Source: Candidatus Limimorpha caballi (GTDB taxonomy: Bacteria; Bacteroidota; Bacteroidia; Bacteroidales; F082). From it: a DNA stretch of 64,000 bases. Position numbers and translations under genes: made by a program. The notes beneath the pieces are model-generated. The model was not told the origin of the DNA, did not search any database, and saw nothing but the letters and a program-made list of their open reading frames with translations. Shown here piece by piece: positions 36,533 to 46,124 of this stretch; position 1 is the stretch's first letter; every line of letters starts with the position of its first letter. The stretch is from positions 149 to 64,148 of the forward strand of contig JAGHUX010000023.1 of NCBI GenBank assembly GCA_018064605.1. Direction: 5' to 3'.

Positions 36533-37999
36533 ATGGAAGAAAAAAAAGACAACAATAACGGCGGGAAATGGAGAAAAAGACCTTATAGGAAAAATTATCA
36601 TAACAAGAAAAAAAATATTGATAATCAATTAGTTGAAGAAGCACTTGAAGAAGAAGTCGTGGAAGAGGCAGAAATGACCGCAGAGGTTGAAGAGACGGCG
36701 GAAGTTGAAGGGAATATTGTTCCTGACGAGACAGAAGTTGTTGATAATGAAGAATATACAGAAGACACGAACGATGTTGACACATTATTGAAAGTCTCGT
36801 CTCGCAAAATGGATTTTCACGACGAAGACCAGGAAGACCGCATGGTCAACAAGCAGGAGGAAGAGGTCGAACTGAAGATCACATGGCCGTTGTACAGTCC
36901 GATGAAGAAGGAGATGACACCTGATTTCCATCGCGGATGCCGTCTGAAAGCCGAGACATACGAGACCGGCGGCAAGGTGTTGCGTCACGGGCAATGCAAA
37001 CTCGACAGTTTCAACTGGCTCAAGGACTTTGAGAACGAGACGCCGAAAGAAGGCGAACTCCTCGTCGCCGAGGTACGTTTCAAGAACGACAGAAAAGACT
37101 TTTACAGTTATCCTTCGGAACTGAATCTCATTGAAGGTGAATTAGTTGCGGTCGAGACGGCCATAGGTCACGACATCGGCATCGTCACCATGGTCGGCGA
37201 ACTCGTCGCAAAACAACGCAAACGCAAGAAAAACAACACCCCTGTTGACGGCCTGAAAAAAATATACCGCCGTGCGCGTGCCAACGACATCGATAAATTC
37301 ATCGAGGCGACACGTCAGGAGGAACGTACATTGTATCGCAGCCGCGAGATAGCCTCCGGGCTGAAACTCGACATGAAACTTAATGATATTGAATATCAAG
37401 GCGATAGGACAAAGGCAATATTCTATTACACCGCCGACGGCCGTGTCGATTTCCGTGAGCTGATCAAGAAACTCGCTGAAGAGTTCCACGTCCGCGTGGA
37501 GATGCGCCAGATCGGCTTCCGGCAGGAGTCGGCGAAACTTGGTGGCATAGGCTCATGCGGAAGAGAACTCTGCTGCGCCTCATGGATTACTGATTTTCAA
37601 TCGGTTACAACTGGCGTGGCAAGAGTGCAGCAGCTTTCCCCGAACCCGCAGAAACTCGCCGGACAATGCGGCAAACTCAAATGCTGCCTCAACTACGAAT
37701 ATGACACTTACGTTGACGCACTGCGTGCCTTCCCCGACAACCGCATCGTGCTGAAGACGAAAAAAGGCGACGGATTATACCAGAAAATCGACATCTTCAA
37801 AGGTCTCATGTGGTATTCATATCCTTTCGACAGAAACAACATGATGGCAATCCCGGCCGCGAAAGTCAAGGAAATCATCGAGATGAACAAAAAAGGGGAG
37901 TTTCCGGAACAACTCGAAGACTTCGCCTTCATCAAGGAACAGCATAACGCCGACTACGGCGACGGCGGCGAAAACGCCGACCTCTCAAAACTTGAATAA
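36533..37999 (+). CDS. PSP1 domain protein (RicT/YaaT-like) with a basic-then-acidic low-complexity N-terminal extension
   Basis: Cys-rich C-terminal core (GSCGRELCCASW, GQCGKLKCCLNYE) is typical of PSP1/RicT. The first 130 aa run from K/R/N-rich to E/V/T-rich. Confidence 0.75.
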   Translation: MEEKKDNNNGGKWRKRPYRKNYHNKKKNIDNQLVEEALEEEVVEEAEMTAEVEETAEVEGNIVPDETEVVDNEEYTEDTNDVDTLLKVSSRKMDFHDEDQEDRMVNKQEEEVELKITWPLYSPMKKEMTPDFHRGCRLKAETYETGGKVLRHGQCKLDSFNWLKDFENETPKEGELLVAEVRFKNDRKDFYSYPSELNLIEGELVAVETAIGHDIGIVTMVGELVAKQRKRKKNNTPVDGLKKIYRRARANDIDKFIEATRQEERTLYRSREIASGLKLDMKLNDIEYQGDRTKAIFYYTADGRVDFRELIKKLAEEFHVRVEMRQIGFRQESAKLGGIGSCGRELCCASWITDFQSVTTGVARVQQLSPNPQKLAGQCGKLKCCLNYEYDTYVDALRAFPDNRIVLKTKKGDGLYQKIDIFKGLMWYSYPFDRNNMMAIPAAKVKEIIEMNKKGEFPEQLEDFAFIKEQHNADYGDGGENADLSKLE

Positions 38000-38465
38000 G
38001 ATGAAGAAACTGACAATATTTCTTGCGATAGGCGCATTTTTCGTCCTCTCGTCGTGCCGCAACAACATGATTTACGACGAGAGTGTTGTCATTCCCGACT
38101 CGAAATGGGACAACATAAACGTCCCGTATTTCGATGTCAACGTGGAAGACACCATTTCGATATACTCTTTCGCATTGAACGTCAGGCATTTGGAAAATTA
38201 TCGTTACAGCAATCTGTATATTTTTCTGCACACCACCTTTCCGAACGGCAACGTCACGCACGACACCATCGAGTGCAACCTTTCTTATCCCGACGGCAGT
38301 TGGGTCGGACGCGGCAGCGGCAGCATGAGGTCGAATGCTATCATGCTCAACCGCAGTCTGCGTTTTCCGCTTGGCGGCATCTATCATTTTGAGATTGAGC
38401 AGGCGATGCGCGACAAGGTTCTGAAAGGCATCACAGATATTGGAATTAGTATTGAAAAACAATAA
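37992..38465 (+). CDS. gldH: Gliding-motility / T9SS-associated lipoprotein GldH
   Basis: Lipobox FVLSSC. C-terminal EIEQAMRDKVLKGITDIGISIEK matches, from memory, the conserved GldH end (QAMR...L.GITDVG..IE). 157 aa. Confidence 0.75.
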   Translation: MNKMKKLTIFLAIGAFFVLSSCRNNMIYDESVVIPDSKWDNINVPYFDVNVEDTISIYSFALNVRHLENYRYSNLYIFLHTTFPNGNVTHDTIECNLSYPDGSWVGRGSGSMRSNAIMLNRSLRFPLGGIYHFEIEQAMRDKVLKGITDIGISIEKQ

Positions 38466-38468
38466 GTT

Positions 38469-40736
38469 ATGGTATCTAAAAAGAAAAAATCAGATAATAG
38501 GAGAACGTATCTCATAGTGCTTTGGTCGCTTTTTGCGGCTTTTGCCGTGGCCGTGTATCTGCTTTTCTACGGGATAACAAAGGAGTGGTTCGGTCCGATG
38601 CCGTCGTTCGAGGAGCTTGAGAATCCGAAGACGAACCTCGCGACGGAAATCATCTCGGCCGACGGCAAGCTGCTCGGCACTTATTACATCGAGAACCGTT
38701 CAAACATCAGTTACGATGAGTTGCCGGAAAACCTGATTAACGCATTGATTTCCATAGAAGACGTGAGGTTCTACGAGCATTCCGGCATCGACAAGCGGGC
38801 GTTGTTCCGTGTGGCTTTCGGCGTCGCAACGGGCAGCAGTGACAAGGGCGGCGGCAGCACGCTGACACAGCAGCTGGCGAAGAACCTCTTCCCGCGCGGC
38901 GAGAACCTCAGCACGCTCCAACTCGTGATAAGGAAATTCCAGGAATGGGTGACGGCGACACGTCTGGAATACAACTACTCGAAGGACGAGATCATCGCAA
39001 TGTATTTAAACACAGTGTTTTACGGACATAATGCCTACGGAATCAAGAAGGCGGCCGAGACGTTTTTCAGCAAGGAACCGTCAGAGCTTACAGTGGAAGA
39101 GGCCGCCCTGCTCGCCGGTGTCGTCAACGCACCGACGAAATTCAGCCCGAAACGCAACCCCAACAACGCCTTGGCAAGACGCAACCTCGTGCTGAAACGC
39201 ATGTCTGAAAACAACTGCCTCAGCAAACACGACTACGACTCCATCTCGCAGATACCCATCGACCTCTCACGTTTCGGCATCCTTGACCACAACTCGGGTC
39301 AGGCGACGTATTTCCGCGAATACCTGCGCGGCATGATGAACGAATGGGCCAAGACACATTACAAAGCCGACGGCACACCTTATAATATATACAAGGACGG
39401 ACTCAGGATATACACCACCATCGACTCGCGCATGCAACGCTACGCCGAAGAAGCCGTGCGCGAACACCTGTCGAAAGACCTGCAACCGACTTTCTACAGA
39501 CATTGGAGAGGCAGCAAATTGGCACCATTCGCCCTTGATTCTCAAGAAGATGTGGATGCCGTCATGACTCTGTCGATGAAACGTTCCGAACGTTACCGCG
39601 TGCTGAGAAAGGCCGGGATGCCTTACGACTCCATCGTGGCGAACTTCCACAAACCCGTGCCGATGACAGTGTTTTCGTGGGACGGCCCGATTGACACCGT
39701 GCTGACACCTTGGGACTCAATACATTACTATAAGTTTTTCCTGCAATCGTCTTTGATGTCTGTTGATGTACGCACCGGCCACGTGAAGGCTTACGTGGGC
39801 GGCAACGACTATCGTTTCTTCCAATATGACCACGTCACGCAGGCGAAACGTCAGGTCGGCTCGACATTCAAGCCGTTCCTTTATTCGCTGGCAATGCAGG
39901 AAGGCGAATACACGCCTTGCACCAAGGTGCCAAACATCAGCTACAGCATACAGCTTCCAGACGGAAAGTTCTGGGAGCCGAAGGATTCGGGCAGGACGAT
40001 GTTCGGCGAGGAGGTGACGTTGAGATGGGCGTTGGCGCATTCCAACAACAGGATATCGGCATATCTGATGAAACGTTTTGGTCCGCAGGCCGTCATCCAG
40101 ATGGCGCGTCGCATGGGCGTGACATCGGAGATTCCAGCTGTGCCGTCGATATGTCTCGGCGTCTGCGACATCTCACTTTACGAGATGGTCGGCGCGATGA
40201 ACACCTTCGCCAACCGAGGCGTTTATGTGAAACCGATTTTCGTGACGAAAATCGAAGACAAGAACGGAAACGTCATAGAGACATTCAAGGCCGAACAAAT
40301 CGAGGCGCTCGACGAAATCACGGCCTATAAGATGATTGAACTCATGAAAGGCGTCGTGTATGAAGGCACCGGCATCCGACTGAAATTCAAATACAACCTG
40401 ACAAACCCCATCGCTGGCAAGACCGGTACCACGCAGAATCAGAGCGACGGCTGGTTCATGGGCATCACCCCCGACCTCGTGACGGGAGTCTGGACCGGCG
40501 CAGAAGACCGCTCCGTGCATTTCAAGACAATATCACTCGGACAAGGGTCTAACATGGCACTGCCCGTGTGGGCTTTGTATATGCAGAAAGTATATGCCGA
40601 CTCAACCCTCAACATCAGCAAGGGTGACTTCACCAAACCTTTGACTGACATTGCTTTAGACTTCGACTGTGATAAATATGACGAAGAACAGAACGCTACC
40701 GTTACACCTGAGGAGTCAGAAGAAGACGAATTCTAA
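38469..40736 (+). CDS. mrcA: Class A penicillin-binding protein 1A (glycosyltransferase GT51 plus transpeptidase)
   Basis: GT51 motifs EDVRFYEHSGID and GGSTLTQQLAKN. Transpeptidase motifs STFKP, SNN and KTGTT. Confidence 0.9.
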   Translation: MVSKKKKSDNRRTYLIVLWSLFAAFAVAVYLLFYGITKEWFGPMPSFEELENPKTNLATEIISADGKLLGTYYIENRSNISYDELPENLINALISIEDVRFYEHSGIDKRALFRVAFGVATGSSDKGGGSTLTQQLAKNLFPRGENLSTLQLVIRKFQEWVTATRLEYNYSKDEIIAMYLNTVFYGHNAYGIKKAAETFFSKEPSELTVEEAALLAGVVNAPTKFSPKRNPNNALARRNLVLKRMSENNCLSKHDYDSISQIPIDLSRFGILDHNSGQATYFREYLRGMMNEWAKTHYKADGTPYNIYKDGLRIYTTIDSRMQRYAEEAVREHLSKDLQPTFYRHWRGSKLAPFALDSQEDVDAVMTLSMKRSERYRVLRKAGMPYDSIVANFHKPVPMTVFSWDGPIDTVLTPWDSIHYYKFFLQSSLMSVDVRTGHVKAYVGGNDYRFFQYDHVTQAKRQVGSTFKPFLYSLAMQEGEYTPCTKVPNISYSIQLPDGKFWEPKDSGRTMFGEEVTLRWALAHSNNRISAYLMKRFGPQAVIQMARRMGVTSEIPAVPSICLGVCDISLYEMVGAMNTFANRGVYVKPIFVTKIEDKNGNVIETFKAEQIEALDEITAYKMIELMKGVVYEGTGIRLKFKYNLTNPIAGKTGTTQNQSDGWFMGITPDLVTGVWTGAEDRSVHFKTISLGQGSNMALPVWALYMQKVYADSTLNISKGDFTKPLTDIALDFDCDKYDEEQNATVTPEESEEDEF

Positions 40737-40753
40737 AATTTAAAGACACAACT

Positions 40754-41764
40754 ATGGCCAACTCGAATTTTGTTGATTATGTGAAGATATTTTGTCGTTC
40801 CGGCAAGGGCGGTGACGGCTCCTTGCATTTCATTCATGCCAAATATGTTCCGAAGGGCGGACCTGACGGCGGTGACGGCGGCAAGGGCGGCGATGTGATA
40901 ATACGCGGCAACGCCCAGCTGTGGACGCTCCTGCATCTGCGTTACACAAAGCATCTCTTTGCCGGCGACGGCGAGCCTGGCGGCTCGAACCAACGCACTG
41001 GCGCACAAGGAAATAACGCCATCATCGAAGTGCCGCTCGGCTCCATGGCCTACGATGCCGAGACCGGCGAACCGCTCGGCGAAGTGACTGAAGACGGACA
41101 GGAAGTCGTCATAATGAAAGGCGGACGCGGCGGCAAAGGCAACACGTTTTTCAAGTCGGCAACATTCCAGGCGCCGAAATTCTCACAACCCGGCGAACCA
41201 AACCAAGAACGATGGATCATCATCGAACTGAAACTCCTGGCCGACGTCGGACTCGTCGGATTCCCCAACGCCGGAAAGTCAACACTGCTCTCGGTCGTCT
41301 CCGCCGCCAAACCGGAAATCGCCGACTATCCGTTCACCACTCTGACACCTAACCTCGGCATCGTGCCTTATTACGACTTCAAGTCGTTCATCATGGCCGA
41401 CATCCCCGGCATCATCGAAGGCGCATCAGAAGGCAAAGGACTGGGAATAAGATTCTTACGACATATTGAACGCAACTCGATACTGCTGTTCATGGTCGCC
41501 GCCGACAGCCCCGACGTGAAAGAAGCCTACGACATCCTCCTGAATGAACTGAAGACTTACAACCCGGAACTTCTCGACAAGAAACGCATCCTTGCCGTCA
41601 GCAAGACAGACCTCATCGATGAAGACACGAAAAAAGACATCAAGAGACATCTGCCAAAGAAAATCCCGCACATCTTCATCAGCTCGGCAACAGGCGAGAA
41701 CATCAAGGAACTCAAAGACTTAATCTGGCTCTGCCTCACGGAAGACGAAAATGAACACGATTAA
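40754..41764 (+). CDS. obg: GTPase Obg
   Basis: Obg fold with Gly-rich GGDGSLHF...GGPDGGDGGKGGDVI. G1 motif GFPNAGKST. G4 motif SKTD. Confidence 0.9.
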   Translation: MANSNFVDYVKIFCRSGKGGDGSLHFIHAKYVPKGGPDGGDGGKGGDVIIRGNAQLWTLLHLRYTKHLFAGDGEPGGSNQRTGAQGNNAIIEVPLGSMAYDAETGEPLGEVTEDGQEVVIMKGGRGGKGNTFFKSATFQAPKFSQPGEPNQERWIIIELKLLADVGLVGFPNAGKSTLLSVVSAAKPEIADYPFTTLTPNLGIVPYYDFKSFIMADIPGIIEGASEGKGLGIRFLRHIERNSILLFMVAADSPDVKEAYDILLNELKTYNPELLDKKRILAVSKTDLIDEDTKKDIKRHLPKKIPHIFISSATGENIKELKDLIWLCLTEDENEHD

Positions 41765-42344
41765 TGCCATCGACCACGAACTGTTCCTGTTCCTCAACGG
41801 ATTGCACGCCGACTGGCTCGACCCGCTGATGATATTCGTCTCGTCAAAATTCGGCTGGATCCCGTTTTATTTGTTGCTTTTATATCTGATTTACAAGAAG
41901 TCAGGTTGGAAAGGACTGCTATGCGTCGCGGTCGGTGTCGCAGTCCTGATAACGTGTTCCGACCAACTGTCGTCGCACTTCTTCAAGCCGGTTTTTCACC
42001 GTTTCAGGCCGTGCCACGACCCGCTGATACAGGATTTGGTTCATCTGCCAAACGGACATTGCGGCGGTCAATACGGATTCATCTCCTCTCATGCCTGCAA
42101 CACCTTCGCACTCGCTACGTTTATCACATTGATACTCAAGAAATTTTATGGAAAAATCGGCTGGTTGATGTTCATCTGGGCGTCACTCGTGGCCTACAGC
42201 CGCATCTACATGGGCGTGCATTTCCCAGGCGACGTGCTGTGCGGCGCGGCGGTCGGGATGATTCTCGGATTCGGAATCGGAAAAATCTCGTTGATGATAT
42301 TGAACAAATTTCAAAAAAATCAGCAAAAAAAACTGCGGGACTAA
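41751..42344 (+). CDS. PAP2-family membrane phosphatase
   Basis: Carries the three PAP2 motifs: KPVFHRFRP, SSHA and SRIYMGVHFPGD. Confidence 0.8.
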   Translation: MNTINAIDHELFLFLNGLHADWLDPLMIFVSSKFGWIPFYLLLLYLIYKKSGWKGLLCVAVGVAVLITCSDQLSSHFFKPVFHRFRPCHDPLIQDLVHLPNGHCGGQYGFISSHACNTFALATFITLILKKFYGKIGWLMFIWASLVAYSRIYMGVHFPGDVLCGAAVGMILGFGIGKISLMILNKFQKNQQKKLRD

Positions 42345-42754
42345 ATATCCGGAAATTCATCCAACGCACTTAATCTGCCATCAGAGACTCTGTAGCAAAA
42401 CATTGATTTCCCGTTGGTTAACGTCAAAAACTCTGTTTGAAGGCCGGAATAATAACGTATCGCCTGGTCGAGGACTTTCCCTGTGATTTCGACGTTTTCG
42501 GCTTTGCACTCCACAATCATGCGTGCTTCACCTGAATTGTTGAAAACCACGATGTCGCATCGTTTCGGAAGATTGTTCACCTTTATGGAATACTCCACGG
42601 CGACAAGTCCGGCGGCGAGCCCTCTCACCTCAACAAGATAATAAAGCACTTTCTGCCTGACCTGCTCCTCTGGTGTCAGCGCGACATATTGTCTGCGCAA
42701 CGGGTCGAAAACTGCTGTTTTATCGTTGACTGTCTGAGTTTTAAACCACTCCAT
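42341..42754 (-). CDS. Stand-alone HsdR_N-type (PD-(D/E)xK-like) domain protein
   Basis: 137 aa. CDIVVF...IVECK resembles the D...ExK core of the type I restriction enzyme R N-terminal domain family, which is common as a solo gene in Bacteroidota. No hsdM or hsdS is nearby. Confidence 0.6.
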   Translation of the reverse strand: MEWFKTQTVNDKTAVFDPLRRQYVALTPEEQVRQKVLYYLVEVRGLAAGLVAVEYSIKVNNLPKRCDIVVFNNSGEARMIVECKAENVEITGKVLDQAIRYYSGLQTEFLTLTNGKSMFCYRVSDGRLSALDEFPDI

Positions 42755-42755
42755 G

Positions 42756-43766
42756 CTACTTAAGGTAATCGCTCACGAAGCTCATCAGGTCGTCGCCGGC
42801 CAGATTTCTCGCCACGATGACACCGTCATTGTTGATGATGACGTTCTGCGGAATGAACGCAATGCTGTACATCTCGGCAACATCGTCGTTCCAGCCCTTA
42901 AGGTTGGAGAAATGATTGTCCCAAGCCAGATTGTCGTCAGCAACGGCTTTCTCCCATGCAGCCCTGTCGGTGTCAAGAGAAATGCTGACAATATCGAAAC
43001 CTTTGTCTTTGAATGCGTTATAGACCGTCACAACATTCGGGTTCTCTTTCCGGCAGTCGGGACACCACGAAGCCCAGAAGTCAATCATCGTGAGATTGTT
43101 TTCCCTGACGAAATCGGAGAGAACGAAATCTCTTCCGCTGTAGTCGTGCGTCTTGAAATCGATGAATTCATGGCCGACCGACACTTTTTCGAGCATGACA
43201 GCGTAATTTTTCATATTCTTGGTATAGCCGTTGCTGGCGCCGACGCCTTCCATCGAATTAAGGAGATTATAAATATCCTCAAGGCTGAACGCCCATCTGT
43301 AACGATACAAAGTGTATGAACCAAGGACATTGTCGCGGTTCTCCTTGACCATGTGCATCGCAAAATACATCGCATCGGTTTCGTCTTCAATCTTGTCGAA
43401 CTCGGCCACAAAAGCATTGAGTTCATCCTGCTTGGGACCTGACTTCACATCAATCTTGTTATAATTCTGACAGTCGCCTGTAATTCTGACATCCTGGTTT
43501 TCGGTGAAAACAGTCAAAGGTCTCTTCCAGCCTTCAACGTCAACGAGATACGCATCCATATTTTCGCTTTTCTCAATTTCAAAGACGACGGAATTATTTT
43601 TCGCCACCTTTTCATCCAAAGTCTCAAGGTCAACGTTCACATAATGTTTTAGACAGATTTTTTTACCATTTGAATTTTCAAGATTCACGTTGATTTTGAA
43701 TGTGTTTTTGTCGCCGCATGAAGTGAGGCAAACGACTGCGAGCAATGCAATAAATAACTTTTTCAT
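42756..43766 (-). CDS. TlpA-like thiol:disulfide oxidoreductase lipoprotein
   Basis: Lipobox CLTSC. The thioredoxin-fold active site is FWASWCPDCRKE. An N-terminal extra domain of about 120 aa is present. Confidence 0.8.
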   Translation of the reverse strand: MKKLFIALLAVVCLTSCGDKNTFKINVNLENSNGKKICLKHYVNVDLETLDEKVAKNNSVVFEIEKSENMDAYLVDVEGWKRPLTVFTENQDVRITGDCQNYNKIDVKSGPKQDELNAFVAEFDKIEDETDAMYFAMHMVKENRDNVLGSYTLYRYRWAFSLEDIYNLLNSMEGVGASNGYTKNMKNYAVMLEKVSVGHEFIDFKTHDYSGRDFVLSDFVRENNLTMIDFWASWCPDCRKENPNVVTVYNAFKDKGFDIVSISLDTDRAAWEKAVADDNLAWDNHFSNLKGWNDDVAEMYSIAFIPQNVIINNDGVIVARNLAGDDLMSFVSDYLK

Positions 43767-43767
43767 T

Positions 43768-44292
43768 TTATAAATTTTTATTTTTTTTAATCGGTTTGAA
43801 CAGATATAAAAGCAATAGAATCACGAATGCCGAGACCGGCACGCTGATTAATATTTCGAGAAATACCACGCCCGACAATTTGAAACTGAACGCTTCAAGC
43901 AGGAAAAAGGCGAAATTGTGGAAGAACAGAATTATCAGCGAATAAACGAGAAACCAGGAGAATCCCATCAATTCGACAGTGGGTTTTTCTTTTTTTTCCA
44001 GTTCGCTTTTTCGCGTCATGATTCCGATGACGTAAGGTCGCAGATAGGCGGCAAGTGTCGTCGCGGCGGCGTTAAGTCCCGGCGTGCCGTCGAAAATGTC
44101 GATAACGATTCCCATCAGGAAACCATTGAGAATGAGTCGCCAATGAGGTGTCTTGAACGGCAGCACCATGATGAAAAGCACATAGATTACCGGGTGGATG
44201 AAGTTGCCGAACCTGATGTTGTCGAACACCAGAACCTGCAACAACAGCAGCCCGATGAATGTCAATATATTCTTAATCAATGTGTTGTACAT
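43768..44292 (-). CDS. mreD: Rod shape-determining protein MreD
   Basis: 174-aa polytopic membrane protein directly downstream of mreC. Confidence 0.75.
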   Translation of the reverse strand: MYNTLIKNILTFIGLLLLQVLVFDNIRFGNFIHPVIYVLFIMVLPFKTPHWRLILNGFLMGIVIDIFDGTPGLNAAATTLAAYLRPYVIGIMTRKSELEKKEKPTVELMGFSWFLVYSLIILFFHNFAFFLLEAFSFKLSGVVFLEILISVPVSAFVILLLLYLFKPIKKNKNL

Positions 44293-45077
44293 AACGAGTC
44301 TATTTCTGCCTTAAAATTATTCTTTATGACGTAAACGTGTTGCAGCGTGCTGAAGTCGGTTGAAAACCTCATCACGGCCTCGCTGAAATCCGAGCGTTCA
44401 CTGGAGATTACATCCTCCACCGTCCCGACCATGATGCCTGCCGGGAAGCTGTTCGAGAAGCCGCTGGTGACGAGTGTGTCGCCGTCGTTTATCTGAAGGT
44501 GCGCCGGGATGTCCTTCACAGTGCCGTGTCTGTAGCCGTCGCTCTCCCAAATCACGCTCGCGATGTTTTTGTTGCCGGCAAACCTGACGCTGAGTATCGT
44601 TTCGGTGTTGAGCATGCTCATCACGGAAGCGTAGTGGTTGCTGACGTTCACCACCTTACCCACAACGCCGCCGTCACACATCACACCCATGTCAACAGCC
44701 ACGCCATCGAGGCGGCCTCTGTCAATCAGAATGAAATTATTGACACGGTTTATGCTGTTGCTGATGACGTGCGCCGGCATATAAGTGAATTTCTCGTGAT
44801 GTATCATGGTGTCGGTTGGAAATCTACGTTTTTCCAACTCATTCATCAGCAACGTGTTGTGTTGCGACAATATTTCATTTTCGCTTTTCAGGCTGAAATA
44901 GCCGCCGACATTCGCCGACATCGTGTGGATGCCGCCGGAGATGTTGTTCGACATGCTGACGAATTTTCTGTTATGATACGGCAGACTGTTTATTATCATG
45001 ATGACACAAACGATCTCCACCAGCAAGAACAGCAAAACTGCGTTGTATTTCTTGATAAAGACGAGCAGGTTGTACAT
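44277..45077 (-). CDS. mreC: Rod shape-determining protein MreC
   Basis: One N-terminal TM helix, a coiled-coil region, then beta-rich domains (VGKVVNVSNHYASVMSM, GIMVGTVEDV). Lies between mreB and mreD. Confidence 0.85.
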   Translation of the reverse strand: MYNLLVFIKKYNAVLLFLLVEIVCVIMIINSLPYHNRKFVSMSNNISGGIHTMSANVGGYFSLKSENEILSQHNTLLMNELEKRRFPTDTMIHHEKFTYMPAHVISNSINRVNNFILIDRGRLDGVAVDMGVMCDGGVVGKVVNVSNHYASVMSMLNTETILSVRFAGNKNIASVIWESDGYRHGTVKDIPAHLQINDGDTLVTSGFSNSFPAGIMVGTVEDVISSERSDFSEAVMRFSTDFSTLQHVYVIKNNFKAEIDSLCTTH

Positions 45078-45089
45078 CGTGATGGTCCG

Positions 45090-46112
45090 TTACTTGATGA
45101 GGAACGGGAACTTATCGAAGTTTTTCAGTGCGATGCCGGTGCCGCGGGCCACAGCGCGCAGCGGGTCTTCGGCGACGTGTATCGGGAGTTGTGTCCTTTC
45201 ATGCAGGCGTTTGTCGAGTCCTCTGAGCAGTGCGCCGCCGCCGGTGAGGTAGATGCCGGTGCGGTAGATGTCGGCCGAGAGCTCGGGCGGTGTCGTCTCG
45301 AGGGTGTTGAGCACGGCCGTCTCGATTTTCGACACGCTCTTGTCGAGACAATGTGCTATCTCCTTGTAATTCACCTTTATTTCCTTCGGGATGCCGGTGA
45401 GCATGTCGCGTCCGTGGACGGCGTAATCCTCCGGCGGGTTGTCGAGGTCCTGTATTGCCGCGCCGACTTCAATCTTGATGAGTTCTGCCGTGCGCTCGCC
45501 GATGTTCAGGTTATGCTCCTTGCGCATATAATCGACAATCTCCTCCGTGAAGTCGTCGCCTGCCACGCGTATCGACTTGTTGGTGACGATGCCGCCGAGT
45601 GCTATGACGGCGATCTCCGATGTGCCGCCTCCGATGTCCACAATCATGTTTCCAACCGGCTCGAGGACGTCGATGCCAATGCCTATGGCTGCCGCCATCG
45701 GTTCATGGATGAGTCGCACCTCCTTGGCGCCGGCCTGCTCCGCGCTGTCTTTCACGGCCCTCTCCTCCACTTCCGTGATGCCGGAAGGGATGCATATCAC
45801 CATCTTGAGTGTCGGCGGGAAAATGGAGTTGTGGAAATTAATCATCTTTATCATCTCGCGAAGCATGAACTCCGCAGCCTGGAAGTCAGCGATGACACCG
45901 TCGCGCAAAGGCCTGATGGTCTTTATGTTCTCGTGTGTCTTGCCATGCATCATCATGGCTTTTTTGCCGACAGACATAATCTGCTGTGTGTCACGTTGCA
46001 ACGCCACGATCGACGGCTCATCGACCACCACCTTGTCGTTATACATGATGATGGTGTTTGCCGTCCCGAGGTCGATTGCCAATTCCTTATTGAAAAATGA
46101 GAAGAGTCCCAT
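45090..46112 (-). CDS. mreB: Rod shape-determining protein MreB (actin-like ATPase)
   Basis: Contains IDLGTANT, DIGGGTSEIAVI and LTGGGALLRGLD. Confidence 0.95.
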   Translation of the reverse strand: MGLFSFFNKELAIDLGTANTIIMYNDKVVVDEPSIVALQRDTQQIMSVGKKAMMMHGKTHENIKTIRPLRDGVIADFQAAEFMLREMIKMINFHNSIFPPTLKMVICIPSGITEVEERAVKDSAEQAGAKEVRLIHEPMAAAIGIGIDVLEPVGNMIVDIGGGTSEIAVIALGGIVTNKSIRVAGDDFTEEIVDYMRKEHNLNIGERTAELIKIEVGAAIQDLDNPPEDYAVHGRDMLTGIPKEIKVNYKEIAHCLDKSVSKIETAVLNTLETTPPELSADIYRTGIYLTGGGALLRGLDKRLHERTQLPIHVAEDPLRAVARGTGIALKNFDKFPFLIK

Positions 46113-46124
46113 GGTGTGTTATTT

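Noticed and set aside
42341-42754. The HsdR_N-domain gene as a hint of a restriction-modification or defence system.
   Set aside because: There are no hsdM, hsdS, helicase or methyltransferase genes nearby. To my knowledge this small solo domain protein is widespread as a housekeeping-context gene in Bacteroidota. Its neighbours are mreBCD, a TlpA-like gene and a PAP2 phosphatase gene.
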